From NCBI RefSeq assembly GCF_004010195.1, contig NC_057756.1:7320275-7384274 (forward strand): a DNA stretch of 64,000 bases, in the 5' to 3' direction. A program made the position numbers and the translations under genes. Below are positions 1 to 12,874 of this stretch, one piece after another. Below the pieces are notes generated by a model, which was not told the DNA's origin, ran no database searches, and saw nothing but the letters and a program-made list of their open reading frames with translations. Each line of letters opens with the position of its first letter. Positions within the stretch are counted from its first letter, which is position 1. The DNA is from Chiloscyllium plagiosum. Lineage: Eukaryota.

Positions 1-59
1 ATCGCTGTAGGCCGCACGCTCCTGGGAGTGAAAGGCACGCATAACAGTAGTTAGATCAA

Positions 60-585
60 GAACATAACAAATCATTGCTTCAGTCATGTGGTGGAAGTGG
101 ACTGAGAAGGGAGTTGAATCGTTCCAAGGGGTACGGAGGCGGTGACCAGAGAGACTCTCAGCTGGAGACAGTCGTGTCTTGCCTGGAGACATGGATCGCA
201 ATTGGAATAAGGCCACAGGGATTAGCATAACCAGGAGAGGCCACACTCTGCCACTAATTTGGCAAGTTTAGTCTTGAGTCTGGTTAAAACATTCAACAAT
301 GCCGGCCGCCTGAGGATGATAAGCACCATGCAGTTGCTGACAAATACAAAGCTGGGAACAGAGTTCTCCGTTAATATTACCTACAAAGTGTGGTCCATTG
401 TCCGAGTTAATGCACGCAGGTATACTGAAGCAGGGAATTATTTCCTTAAACAAAATCTTCACCACAGTCTCAGCAGTAGCGTTAGGAGGAGGGTAGGCTT
501 CAATCCACTTCGAAAAGACATCAGCAATAAGCAAAACACATTTATAGCAACTCAACTCATTTCTACAACTCAATGAAGTCCAGTT
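60..585 (-). mobile_element. Degraded endogenous retrovirus / LTR-element integrase fragment
   Basis: ORF 268..573 reads YKCVLLIADVFSKWIEAYP...EIIPCFSIPACINSDNGPHFV...YHPQAAGIVECFNQT (rve integrase DDE core). It continues across frameshifts as KTKLAKLVAECGLSW...PVALFQLRS...LSPAE. Confidence 0.85.
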
Positions 586-752
586 GAAGGCCGAGATTGA
601 TAGATTCTTGTTGTCTAGAGGAATTAAGGGCTACGGGGGGAACGCTGGTAAGTGGAGCTGAAATGCGCATCAGCCATGATTGAATGGCGGAGTGGACTCG
701 ATGGGCCGAATGGCCTTACTTCCACTCCTATGTCTTATGGTCTTATGGTCTT
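586..752 (+). mobile_element. 3' end of a CR1/HER1-type LINE (or its SINE partner)
   Basis: Typical 3' UTR (gatgggccgaatggcct) ending in a (tcttatgg)n tandem tail. Confidence 0.7.
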
Positions 753-882
753 AAGCCCTTCTTCAGCTTATGCCCGAAACGTCGATTCTCCTGTTCCCTG
801 GATGCTGCCTGGTCTGCTGCACTTTTCCAGCAACACATTTTCAGCTCTGATCTCCAGCATCTGCAGATCTCACTTTCTCCTC
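752..882 (+). mobile_element. Penelope-like element terminal repeat fragment
   Basis: gcccgaaacgtcgattctcctg...ctccagcatctgcagatctcactttctcc matches the termini attached to RT/GIY-YIG remnants at 14810, 17050 and 33885. Confidence 0.75.
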
Positions 883-884
883 TT

Positions 885-1400
885 TTAGAATATTGTGTGC
901 AATTCCGGTCTCTAACCTATAGGCAGGATGTTGTGAAACTTGGATAGGTTCAGAAAAGATTTAGAAGGGTGTTGCCAGAGTTAGCGGGTTTGAGCTCGAG
1001 GGAGAGGGTGAATAGGCTGGCTCTGTTTTTGCATCAGGGGTGACCTTACTGAGGTCTATAAAACCATAAGGAGCAGGGGTGTAAATAGACAAAATATTTT
1101 CCCTCCAGTGGATGAGTCCAGAACTCGAGGGTTTAGGTTAGGGTGAGAGGGGAAAGACTTAAAAGAGAATGAAGGATCAACTCTTTTAAGCGGAGGTTGG
1201 CACATGTATGGAATGAACTGCCAGAGGAAGTGGTGGAGGCTGTACAATTACAACATTTAAAAGGAATCTGAATGGGTATATGAATAGGAACTGTTTAGAG
1301 GGACAAATAGGATTAGATTAATTTAGGATATCTGGTCTTCATGGGCGAGCTGGATGGAAGGATTCGTTTCCATGCTGTACATCTCTATGATTCTATGACT
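885..1400 (+). mobile_element. CR1-type LINE 3' fragment (paralog of ~20020-20550)
   Basis: Decayed C-terminal RT-ORF motifs (VQKRF.R.LP; L.EVYK), 3' UTR and ctctatgattctatgact tail. Confidence 0.8.
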
Positions 1401-1679
1401 TTAACTCACTGCAGTCACTCACCAAAGCATCTCTGACAACATTTTACAAACTCATGGCTTCCACCACCTAGGAGGAGAAGGGCAGCACATGACTTGCCCC
1501 CTCCAAGTTCTGTGCCAAGCCTTACACAAACCTGTCTTGCAGTTACACCAGCATTCATTCCTAGATTTTGAATTGAAAGGCTGGATCTGCCTTCTTCGTA
1601 ACACTTCATCTTCCAAGATTTACTCCCGTTGTGGTCCAGACTGTGGTTTGTGTGGGTGGGGGATTGATCTGCGAATTGA

Positions 1680-2881
1680 AGGTGACCAAACAGGTAGGTG
1701 AGAGTAAACCGGTTGATGTGGTGTATATGGATTTCAGCAAAGCTTTCGATAAGGTTCCCCACAGTAGGCTATTGTACAAAATGCAGAGGAATGGGATTGT
1801 GGGAGATATAGCAGTTTGGATCAGTAATTGGCTTGCTGAAAGAAGACAGGGGGTGATGGTTGATGGTAAATGTTCATCCTGGAGTCCAGTTACTAGTGGT
1901 GTACCACAAGGGTCAGCGTTGGGTCCACTGCTGTTCGTCATTTTTATAAATGACCTGGATGAGGTAGTTGAAGGGTTGGTTAGTAAATTCACAGAAGACA
2001 CTAAGGTCGATGGAGTTGTGGATGGTGATGAAGGATGTTGTAGGTTACAGAGAGACATAGATAAGCTGCAGAGCTGGGCTGAGAGGTGGCAAATGGAGTT
2101 TAATGCTGACAAGTGTGAGGTGATACACTTTGGTCGGAGTAACCGTAATGCAAAATACTGGACTAATGGTAAGGTTCTTGGTAGTGTAGATGAGCAGAGA
2201 GATCTCGGTGTCCATGTACACAGATCCTTGAAAGTTGCCACCCAGGTTGACAGGATTGTTAAGAAGGCATACTGTATTTTAGCTTTTATTAATAGAGGGA
2301 TCGAGTTCCGGAACCATGAGGTTACGCTATAGCTGTACAAATCTCTGGTGCGGCTACACTTGGAGTATTGGTGACAATTCTGGTTATCACGTTATAAGAA
2401 GGATGTAGAAGATTTGAAAAGGGTGCAGAGGAGATTTACTAGAATGTTGCCTGGTATGGAGGGGAGGTCTTACGAAGAAAGGCTGTTTTCGTTTGAGAGA
2501 AGAAGGTTGAGAGGTGACTTAATAGAGACATATAAGATAATCAGAGGGTTAGATAGGGTGGACAGTGAGAGCCTTTTTCCAAGTATGTTGACGGCGAGCA
2601 CAGGGGGCATAGCTTTAAATTGAGGGGTGATAGATATAGGACAGATGTCAGAGGTAGTTTCTTTACTCAGAGTAGTAAGGGTATGGAATGCTTTGCCTGC
2701 AACGGTAGTAGATTCGCCGACTTGAAGCGCATTTCAGTCGTCATTGGACAAACATATGGACGTACATGGAATAGTGTAGGTTAGATGGGCTTCAGATTGG
2801 TATAACTGGTCGGTGCAACATCGAGGGTCTAAGGGCCTGTAGTGCGCTTTAATGTTCTGTGTTCTCTGTTCTATGTTCTAT
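1680..2881 (+). mobile_element. 5'-truncated CR1/HER1 LINE with reverse transcriptase
   Basis: ORF 1631..2332 has VDVVYMDFSKAFDKVPH, SGVPQGSALGPLLF, FTEDTK (YADD-like) and WQMEFN. It ends in a (tgttcta)n tail. The element is absent at the paralogous site ~20840. Confidence 0.93.
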
Positions 2882-3429
2882 GATAATTAGACGAGGTGAG
2901 GTGGTGGGGGAGTATGTGCGTTCTCTTGGGGGGAGAGGGCTTGACTGGAAGTTAATGGGGAGCTACAGAGAAGGGATGAGACAAAGGGATCTGGGCCAGA
3001 GGGCAGAGATTGACAGGGATGGTGTGGTGTGTGGAGGGCTAGACGGAGAGAAGGTTTGAGAGATGACCTGAATCGCAGAGAGTGTGGCACAGTCTGGGGC
3101 ATTATGAAGTGGGAATGTTGGGAATGTATGAAATGAGGCTTTGCAAAGGCAAATCCTGATGGATCCTCTCTCTTTTGCTCCCTGCGTTTCCCTCCATCTC
3201 TGTCCTTCTGTTTTGCTCTCTCTATTCCTCCTCCTGGGTTCTCTCTCTCTAACTCTCTTTCTCTCAGTCACACACTCTCACTCTGTCTCACTCTCTCGCT
3301 TTTAGTGGTGTTGATTGTTCTTTTCTCTCTCCCTTCCTTTGTCTGTCCCATTCTTTCTCTTGGTAATCTTGATCTTCTTGGTAATGTTATTGTGTAATAA
3401 ATATTTATAGCAAGTAGAATTATTTTTCC

Positions 3430-4247
3430 TGTTCATGATGAAAGGGAGTGTATTTTTTGTTGGAGTTCTGATCTCCAATCAGTCAGGTAAATTTGTTTCT
3501 TTTTTGCGTACACGTTAGACAGTTTGTGAAATAATGGGGGCTCAATGATCATTCCAAACTAAGCTGTAACAATACACAAAACGTTTGATATGATAACTAC
3601 ATCACACGTCCAACTTAATTGTGAGCGATTTGTGGGATGTTGCAGACTGGAGTCAAAGCAATTGAGCAACATTTGCACTTTCTGTGATGTTGAACTTGAA
3701 CTATTATAAAGCGCACGTCTGCATATGGTATAAATGTTTTTGAAAGTTTTTTTAAAAAGTGTTGATCTTGTTATTATATGCATATGAAGGATAAATTTAA
3801 CCTTGGGCCATTTTTAAGTTCCTGACTCAAAAGAAGTCTGTGACTCATTTCCCAGGACAATAGCTCGTGAGTCACCTCCAAGCTGTGGACTGACGTGGAA
3901 AGTCCCTGATGTATATGCTCCAACAAGTAGGGGTAACACTCATTGGATTTTCCACTAAGTTAGTTAGTCAGAAACAAAATCCAAAATGATGTGGTAGCTC
4001 CCTCCGATTTGGACTAACTTCTATGTTCTCATTTACCTCCGTGTTCAATGGTATTGTGTCAGATTAGTTGTGAGAGTGACAACAATGGTGTCTCTTGGCT
4101 TCTTCCTTCTAATAACAAAATTGTTTAAAGTTACAAATTAGATATTTAGAAAGTAACATAGTGTGTGCAATAATCAATAGAAGCGAGTACTTCAGAGTGT
4201 TTGTATTCTGTGTCGATGGTGTCTTTTTGACTCCAGGAAGACAAAAT
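3430..4247 (-). pseudogene. Siglec-like locus: decayed cytoplasmic exon cluster, copy A
   Basis: 57-bp exon 4191..4247 (FCLPGVKKTPSTQNTNTL; acceptor AG>GG), an exon at ~4038..4108 with a GTAAAT donor, and further exon-like conserved blocks at ~3800-3955, ~3615-3700 and ~3430-3475. All are paralogous to copies B and C. Confidence 0.6.
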
Positions 4248-4874
4248 CCAAAACACAGTTGTTCTCGTCTCTTACTGTGGCTGAGGAAAGTGATGGATCA
4301 GCAAACGGTCAACGTTATGCCTAGAAATGGGGGTAAGCTTCCGTCAATCCGCTATTGTCAACAGTTAAGAATATGGTTCAGCCCCTGTGTCATCTCATCT
4401 GAACTAGAGCATTCGAGATTCAAGTTCCAGTTGTGCCTACTGCATAGGACAGTGTGTTTGAACAGATTGATTTAGCTTGTAACTTGTACACCCACAAATT
4501 GTACCAGGCGTTGGTTATGGGGCTCCTATGACGGATATGGTAGTGTCCCTATCTTTGGGGAACAAATTTGGTGGCTCAAGTCCCTTATGCTCTGGAGATG
4601 TGTCGCAATAAATGGATTAGAAATATTGAGAAATAACTTCTCCTCAATTAAACTGCCCCCTTCTTAATTCTCAACTCAGTTGCACTCTTAGAGCAAATCA
4701 CTCTAATTGAGAACTCCACGTATGAAATCTTCTGACGCTATCAGCCTTAAAGGGCAGCCAATGCGACATGAATTAAATATACCAGACAATAAACATGCAC
4801 CCATCTCTGGGCCAATTTTAGCTTAGTGGTGTTGATGATGTTCGAGATGATTTGTACCTCATGTTGAATTTTTC

Positions 4875-4962
4875 GATGGAGGTTTGTTCACTGACCTGGA
4901 AGGTTCATTTTCAGATGTTTGAACACCATACTAGGTAACGTCATCAGTGAGTCTCCGGTGAA
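4875..4962 (-). mobile_element. Short Penelope-like terminal fragment (second family) with hammerhead-like core
   Basis: Minus strand reads tcaCTGATGAcgttacctagtatggtgttCAAACATCtga. The same terminus flanks the GIY-YIG remnants at 8680 and 25905. Confidence 0.6.
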
Positions 4963-4973
4963 TAAACAAATAC

Positions 4974-5058
4974 CTCTGAACTTTCACTGCAATCAGAATC
5001 AGACTCTTAACTGCAAACACTCTTCCTATGAAGACGACCATTATCCAACAAAGCCTTT
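4974..5058 (-). pseudogene. Siglec-like transmembrane exon copy A1 (Arg/Lys-containing)
   Basis: 85 bp, reads RLCWIMVVFIGRVFAVKSLILIAVKVQ. GT donor is intact and the acceptor is AG>AC. Paralog of 33389..33473. Confidence 0.75.
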
Positions 5059-6372
5059 GTCAGAATATTCAGGAAAGACAGTGCCCTAAGATTATGACTT
5101 GGTAGTGACATAATATTTATTTGAATGAAAATACATTTTCCGATATATTGACATAAAAATATATCGTTAAAGTTGCTCTGTTTTCCAAAGGCGGGATGTC
5201 CTAGCAATCCTGAGATTGTAGATAATGCTTTGGAAATAAGCATTGAATTCACAATTATGTGATTTAAAATCTACCTAATCTGGTGGAATTCAAATCCAAA
5301 TATTATATATGCAATTGAAACGGCGTCTGGTTAATGCTGAGTATGATAACCTGCATAAATTGATGGAAAAATGAAGCATTAAAGTCATGGGAATGAACTC
5401 TACATTCCCAACCCGTCTTGCCAATAGTTTACTTCAGACCTACCGTAACTCATCTTCTCTGAAATAGATCAGGAGTGGTCGCTCCCTACAGATTAAAGCA
5501 TTATATTCACTTAGGACTGTGGTAACAAATGCTGATGTATGAAAAGAGACCGAATTGTTTGGAATATAATCACTGGATTATAGCAGAATGATGTGGGTGA
5601 GGGAGATCTAATACAACCTATAAAATTCTCAGAGTCAAATGCAGGAATGATATTCCTGAAGGCCAACAGTCCAGAACTATGTGGAGGTTGGGGGTCGTCA
5701 TTAAAAACTAGGGGACTGGTCACTAAAGACCGAAATAATGAAGCAGGTCTTCACCCAGAGAGTGGTGAGTCTGTGGAATTTCTGCCACAGAAGTGTTTCA
5801 GCCCAAACATTGGATGTTTTCAAGAAAGATTTAGATATTGTTCTTAGGGTTAAAGTGATCAACTGGTCAGAGGGGTCTAAGAGACTCCTTTCTCTGACTC
5901 GGAAGATTGGTAATCTTTGGAATACTCTTCTTCAGAGAGTGGAAGATGCGAGCTTTGAATAATTTGAAGAGTTTGTTAAGAATTTGCTCAAAAAGACAAA
6001 CATGGCCTATGGGGTGAACAGGCAGAAAAGTGGAGGTCAGTCCAGAACCAGAGTGATCATCATCTGATTAAATGGTGCTGGAGCGTCAATGGGCCAAATG
6101 GTCTACTCTTGCTCTAATTCATTAAATCAAACTGAATGATAGCCAGGAACATGACCTGAGCACAGGCAATTCTGCCCCAGAGGGGTGCATGATATCTCTC
6201 AACAGACTGATTCGAAAACATCAACATTGAATTTGATGACATAATCTGTAAAGTATTATGCAGAATTTTGGCTTGTTATGTTTAGCGTAAAAGAGACTAC
6301 AGATTTACAGTTGACCTTGTGATGCAGTAAGCTGACTTGAATAATTACATGTCAGAATATTCAGAAATGTAC

Positions 6373-6645
6373 TTGTTGAATGAAGCTGCGAGCAGCTGGC
6401 ACTAACACCCTGCTCATTGTCGACTGTGCATGAGGTTAGGTTTTTGAATCCAGTGAGACAAAATCAGTTTCAGGGAGATCTGAAGCAGGCCATTATTCAC
6501 ATTCCAAGAATAGACTCTAATATCTGAAGCGTTTCATGTGATTTTACTCACACTGATGGTCCATGTGATATTCATTGGGGGAATTGGCTCTCATTCTGCA
6601 TTCTTGGCACTGGTGCTGGTCGGGCCAGATGCTATTGTGTGTACA
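6373..6645 (-). pseudogene. Siglec-like membrane-proximal C2 Ig exon copy A1 (decayed)
   Basis: Aligns to intact exon 45150..45437 (RANxP..ITW, SCT..NEQGVS) with indels and a lost acceptor. Confidence 0.8.
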
Positions 6646-6985
6646 TACAAAATGGAACAACATTGTTCAAATGATGATCTTTTTAATCATGCAGTTGTAA
6701 CATTTACATTGAAGAGCTCATTTTATTGACTAACAACAGGAGACAACAAAATTAACTTATCGAAATTCTACAGTCCAAAAAGATGTCATTCGGCCCATCA
6801 GGTCTGCAAAAACCCTCGAAAGCATCCCACCCAGTCCCATATCCTCACCCTTTCCCATACCTCGCACTTCCCATAGATAACCCACCTAACCTGCACATCC
6901 ATGGACACTACAGGGAAATTAACTATGGTATGAAAGGGCAGCCTATGATACCTGAGTTCATACATACCAGAAAATAAACATATAC

Positions 6986-7070
6986 TCCTGCACTTGCACT
7001 ACAATCAAAATTGGACTGGTAATGGTCAAAGCTGTTCTTACGAAGATGGCAATTATTCAGGGAAACCTTT
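6986..7070 (-). pseudogene. Siglec-like transmembrane exon copy A2 (stop codon)
   Basis: Reads RFP*IIAIFVRTALTITSPILIVVQVQ. The TGA at codon 4 is shared with copy B2. Confidence 0.75.
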
Positions 7071-8674
7071 TTAGAAATAGTCAGAAAAGACAGTGCTCAA
7101 GATTGCAACTTGGTGGTCACATAGCATTTATCTGATTTAAAGTACATCTTCCCATATATTAACATGAAGATATATTGTTAACATTGCTCTGTTTTAGAAA
7201 GGGGAGATGGGCAAGATAATGCTGAGATTGTAGCTAATGCTTTGATATGCATTGAACTCCCAATTAGGCTGTTAATGGAATATAAGTGCACATATTATAT
7301 TCGAGATTAAAATGTAATCTCAGTAATGCTGAGCGTGACAACCCTGTTGGATTGATGGAGAAAGGCAACATCAAAGTCACAGGAATGCAACCTAGAGTCC
7401 AAAGCCCATCTTATCAATGTGTGACTTTAGACCCACAGGGAACATGTTTAACTCATCTTATCTCGGAAATTGACTATCAGTTCAAGAGGTTTGATTCAGA
7501 TGGGAGTGGCTGTAACTAGGGATGAAGCAGTAAGTGTTACTTGATTGGCTATGAGTGTAGTCACTGGACTTGAGAAGAATATGGAGCGGGGTGGGATAGC
7601 ACAGAAACCTATAATGTTCTAACAGGGTTGTTCCTGATGACTGGGGAGTCAAGATCGAGGGGTGGCGGTGGAGGAGGGGGGTGTGGTTTGGAGTGCGGGG
7701 TGGGTGGAGTTAATCAGTTAAGAGCACGGACTAGGCTACTATGGACAGAAATGAAGAGTCATATCTTCATCAGAGAGTGGTGAGACGATGATGTTTCTGA
7801 CAGAGAATTGTTTGAGGTCAAAACATTGGATGCTTTCAAGAAGGAATCAAATGTAATTCTTAGGGCTAAAGGGGTCAACAGTTTTGAGTAGAAAGCCTGA
7901 GGGGGCAGAGTAATTCCCCTCCCTATCAAAGGACAGGCAATCATTGGAACACTCTTCCCGAGCGAGCAGTGGACATAGGCCATTGAATAAATGCTAAGTT
8001 TCTGCTCAACAACAGAGATGTGGCCTATGGGGCGGCCAGACAGAAGAGCGGAATTCAGTCTAGAACCAAAATGAGCGTGGTCTTATTAAATGGCACAGGA
8101 GAGTCGATGGGCCAAATGGCCTACACCTGCTGAAACTCATTAAAACAACTGAATGACAGCCAGCAACATGGTCTATAAAATTGAGAGGAGATTATGACAG
8201 CCAAGAGAACTAAATTAACATAATGATTCCTGACATTTGAATGTTCACAAAAGCATTCCTCGACATAAAGAAAAACACAACTTATAAAAGTTACAATTTG
8301 ACAGAGAGAGAAGTTACTCAGCGCCCTCAGGCTTTCTACTCATACCTGTTGACCCCTTTAGCCCTAAGAATTATATTTGATTCCTTCTTGAAAACATCCA
8401 ATGTTTTGGCCTCAAACACTTCTCTGGCAGAAACATCATCATCTCACCACTCTCTAGGTGAAGATATGTCTCTAAATTTCTGTCCGAAGTTGCCTACTTT
8501 GTACTGTTAAGTCATTATAATTAACACAGTCACACACTCAGAGAAGACATTGAACCTGGGAAAATGTGTATCTTAACATTATACCTCCAGAAAGCACATG
8601 AGGGGAAAGTGTTGGATTTTTTTTTGTGAAGGAGACAGATATAGTTCTTATGGTTAAAGGGATCAAAGAGTATG

Positions 8675-9090
8675 TGGATTCTTGATGTACGTTTGATCGC
8701 TGAGATGGAAGGTTTGTTTTCAGACGTATCATCAGTGACATGCTGGTGTTATGTCCCGCTTTCTAATTATGTGATTAGTTCCCTTGGGTTAGTGATGCCA
8801 TTTCCTGTGTTGGTGATGTCTTTTCCTGTTCCTTTTAACAAAGGGTGTTAGAAGGGGTCCAAATCAAAGTGTTTGTTGATCGTGTTTCTGTTGGAATGCC
8901 ATGCTTCTAGGTATTCTTGTGAATGTCTCTGGCTTGTCCTAGAATGCGTGTGTTGTCCAGTCAAAATGATGTCCTTCCTCTTCTGCATATAAGGATGCTA
9001 GTGAAAGTGAGTCATGTCTTTTGTGGCTAGTTGATGTTCATGTATCCTGCTGGGTAGTTTTTCCAATGTAGTACTTATCCAAATCTTCTC
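8675..9090 (-). mobile_element. Penelope-like element GIY-YIG fragment (paralog of 25905-26300)
   Basis: Decayed YIG...HEHQLATK-type endonuclease sequence followed by the family terminus. Confidence 0.7.
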
Positions 9091-9475
9091 AAAACCTGCT
9101 AGTATGAGGAGGAATCAGGCAGTGGGGATTGGGCTGGATGGTCAGCAATATTAGATGTTGCATATTGGAACAGACTAGACTGACTGAATCACATACTGCT
9201 ACTCCTACTTTCAAAGTTTCCATGATTAGCATTCACTGTCATAATGGTCAGTGAGGGCTGGACAAAAGCAATCCTGCCGCAGAGGTGTGGAATAATATCT
9301 TTCAATAGGTTGATCCAAAGTATCAACACTGAATTTAACGATAGATTCAGTAAAATATTATACGTAATTTTGTCTTGATATACATAGTGGAAAAGAGACT
9401 ATGTATTTAATACCACAGTTTGTGACTGAGTGAGCTGTCTCAAACAATTACATTTAAGAGTATTTAGAGATGTAC

Positions 9476-9747
9476 CTTTTGAATGGAGCTGGTACGTACT
9501 GACACTAATAATCTGCTCATTATCGGTCGTGCATGTGATTAGCTTTTCGAATCCAATGAGATGAATCAGTGTTCGAGATATCTGAAACAGGCCTGGCATA
9601 GACTGTAATATCTGAAGAATTTCCGGTGATCTTTTTTCCCACTGAGGGTCCATGTGATGTTTACTGAGGGATTGGCTCTGATTCTGCAAGTTCAAGCGAG
9701 TCATTCTTGTAACTGTTGCAGATTGGACCAATACTATTCTGTGTTTC
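9476..9747 (-). pseudogene. Siglec-like C2 Ig exon copy A2 (frameshifted)
   Basis: Has an AG acceptor and GT donor but is only 272 bp versus 288 bp for the intact exon. C-terminal LIHLIGFEKLITCTTDNEQIISVSTYQLHS matches the family. Confidence 0.82.
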
Positions 9748-9869
9748 CTTGCAAAATGAAGCAACAGTGATTGAGTGATGACCCTATTAATCATGCAATC
9801 AGAATACTTATATTGAAGTGCTCCTTTTTATTGACTAACTACAGGAGATAAACAAATTCATGTATGAAA

Positions 9870-10200
9870 TATTTACAATGAAGGAAGAAAGCCTTTGGAT
9901 CATGAAGTCTGCACAAACCCTCTGAAAAGCATCCCACCCAGTCCCATCCCCTCACCTGCTCCTCCACCTCACCTTCCCTCTGCCTAATCCACTGAGCCCA
10001 CGCATCCCTGAACATAACAGAACAACTTAGCATGGCCAATCCCCCTAATCACCACATCTTCAGGAGAAAATTGGAGCACCAAGCCAAAACCCGTGTAGAT
10101 ATGGGGAGAACTTGAAAACTGCACGTAGTCAACCAAGGCTGGAAACAAACCCAAGTTCCTGGTGCTGTGCGGCAGCAGTGCCAACCAATGAACCACCCTG
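9870..10200 (-). mobile_element. HE1-type V-SINE, degraded
   Basis: tRNA-like head (ggtggttcattggttggcactgctgcc) and V-domain-like body, homologous to the young copy at 31499. Confidence 0.7.
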
Positions 10201-10892
10201 AAACTCTATTTACTGACAACTTATTTCTTGAGGTTACTGGAGTTGAATATTCAAAATAACTTCAGATCCTTGTTGATCATTTGAATTTGACAGAGTTAAA
10301 AGCACACAATGCCAAGATTATAGTCCAACAGTCAAACAGGTCAAAATAAACTTGTTGGACTATAACCTGGTGTTGTGTGATTTTTAACTCTGTCCATCTC
10401 ATTCCAACACAGGTACCTCCAAGTCATTCGAATTTGAGACCAACCTCAGAAGCTACTGGGATTAGGTTCCTTGCTTACTCAATGCAGAACACGATACTTA
10501 GATCATTTTCTGATGCCAGTGGAAGTTATTAACTATGAAAGGGAACACCATTCCATTCATATAATCTCTGCTGGTATTCAGACAGGTCATCCTTTTTAGC
10601 ACTTTAATATTATTCTGTGATGACATCATTGGTATGTTTACTTTACAATATATTTTATTCTGTCAATCTAGTTTTGAGCTGTTCCCTTTTCCAGTTGAAT
10701 GGTTGCTTCACCGAAATGAAAGACTGAAGCTGTTAGCTGCCAGAATGGTTGAGTCAAGTGGAGAACAGATACTTACTCAATGTGTCAAGCCATAACGCAC
10801 TAAAGGCTGGAAACAGTTGAGAACTCTGTGGAATGCATGTTTGGCAATGCTCAGTGTTGGGACATTGCTTCCCAACTCATGAATTCCTGAAT

Positions 10893-11345
10893 CGTGAAGG
10901 TTTGAGGAATCAGAACACAGAAGAGAAGCACAGTGATCCTGAGATGGAGAGCAGAAGGAAGTCAATGATTTTACTGTTCACCATATCGAATAGTTTCATA
11001 TTGCTGTGGTCACCCTATGTAATAAATTTCTTATGTTATCGAATTGCAGCAATTGATCCCAAATCTTACAATCACAGTTTGCTTGTATTTGAAAGAATTG
11101 AATATATGCTGCTGAGTCTAAGTTGCTACACAATTATGTTTATTTATGGAGTAACTCAGTCAAAGTTCAGGGAACCGTTCATTCGCGCTGTAAAAAATAC
11201 CCACTGGCTGCAATTAGCACAATCATTCATGTTAGAATGAATTTGTGGCAATCTCTAAGACAGCAACATATACAGCTGCTTTCCTGAGCGCAGCATTGAG
11301 TAGTAAACATTCAACAACTGATTTGTATCAAAAATGTTTGCTCGT
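10893..11345 (+). pseudogene. GPR139/142-like GPCR 3' fragment (ICL3-TM7 plus 3' UTR)
   Basis: GLRNQNTEEKHSDPEMESRRKSMILLFTISNSFILLWSPYVINF...FIYGVTQSKFRE is near-identical to the end of the intact gene. TM1-5 are missing, there is a frameshift near the C-terminus, and the 3' UTR matches 18343-18430. Confidence 0.9.
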
Positions 11346-11989
11346 AGAAAACACAGTAGGCTGTGGAGGCCAGGTCATTGAATATAATTAAGACAAAGAT
11401 AGGTAGGTTCTTGATTGTCAACTGGATCAAAGGTTATGGCGAGAAAGTGGGAAAATGGGCTTGAGAAACTTATCAGTCATGATTGAATAGCAGACCAGAC
11501 TCAATAGGGCGAATGGACTAATTTCTGCTCCTATGGTTTTACTGACTTATTCAGGATTCACACTGTCTGGATCCCCAGGACTGCAGATATAGTCATCCCT
11601 CTGTTTCCTGGTTTGTGCTCTCCCATAACCACGGAATCCATAGATTTCTGCCACTGACAGACTAATCAACTGCATACGGATTTTCTGAACGTGACCGGAT
11701 GCCTGCCCATACATTCCGGGGAATATTCAGAGAACTTCGGGAACTATGGACATCTGAATATGAACAATGGATAGACGTCCAGTGAAGTCTGTAACGAGAG
11801 ACAAATTAAATGATTCCATTAAATGACAGTCAAATACTGTGTACTAAATCTTCAAAAATCCATGATTACATAGACATCAATGACAACAACGTACACATCA
11901 AATTATCATTGAGAATCTACAAACTTCAATAAAAAAATTAGTTTGAAGAAATTGAATGCAAGCGTCTGTTTTTGTTTCAGAAGAAAATT

Positions 11990-12370
11990 TGCTCTGGTCT
12001 CCAAACCTTTAGCTTGCATAAGATCGCGATCAGGTTAAGAATTATAACGGGGAAGCTTTACAGGTTAAGGTTCTGGTCTCTTATGAGAAACAACTGATTC
12101 CGTTATTATTGGCTGTAGTAAAAGGCCTTAGACAAAGCCAGATTGAACATGGAATATAGAACTGCTGGGGAAAATGTCAATTTAATTGGCTCAACATATT
12201 TTGAAGAGAAACTGAATTAAGTACCTGGAGGTCTTTCAGGAGAGCCTAAGGGCTACCAAAGGAGCCAAGGCCACCTTGCATGCTGATCAGGAAGCAATTC
12301 CTCAATTCTGCAAGGCCCGATCAGCACCAATTACCTTACGTAGAAAAGTGGACACAGAATTCAGGAGGTT
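11990..12370 (+). mobile_element. Gypsy-type LTR retrotransposon pol fragment (protease/RT junction)
   Basis: Reads YNGEALQVK..VSYEKQLIPLLLAVVKG...EVFQESLRATKGAKATLHADQEAIPQFCKARSAPITLRRKVDTEFRR. Confidence 0.7.
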
Positions 12371-12874
12371 TTATTGTGTTATGGATCTAAGGGATAACAT
12401 TTTCACATGGAGGCTGCTGCGTGTATGGACAAGATGAGGTGAGGAAGACAGGTACAATTACAACTTTGAAAAGGCATGTGGATGTATATATATTATCAGG
12501 AAGGATTTTGCGGGATATGCGAACAAATGAGACTAGCTCAGATTAGGATATCCCGTCGGCTTGAATGAATTTGCCCAAAGGGTCTGTTTCTGTGCTGTAT
12601 AACTCTATGACTCTATGATTTCTGCAGTTTTTTTTACCTGTCATCAGATCACTAAGGCTATAAGCTTCCTCAAGTCTCAGATCTGATTAATTCAAATGCA
12701 ATAGGGACTTAATATCCCGTGATAATATATTTTTCCAAACCAATCAGAAATAAGAATGATGCAATTTTAGGATTCTCCTGGGAATCTGAAACATTGTAAA
12801 AGAGTTTCTGAGCACATTAATACCGCGTTTAATTCAAAGCTTCATCACTCAGGAACAGAACCTTCATACGCAAA

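Noticed and set aside
1606..2340. 244-aa minus-strand ORF
   Set aside because: It is the antisense shadow of the CR1 reverse transcriptase on the plus strand.
4161..4475. Conserved 104-aa plus-strand ORF duplicated at 21795
   Set aside because: Similarity reflects the segmental duplication. There is no protein motif, and the real signal is a small minus-strand exon.
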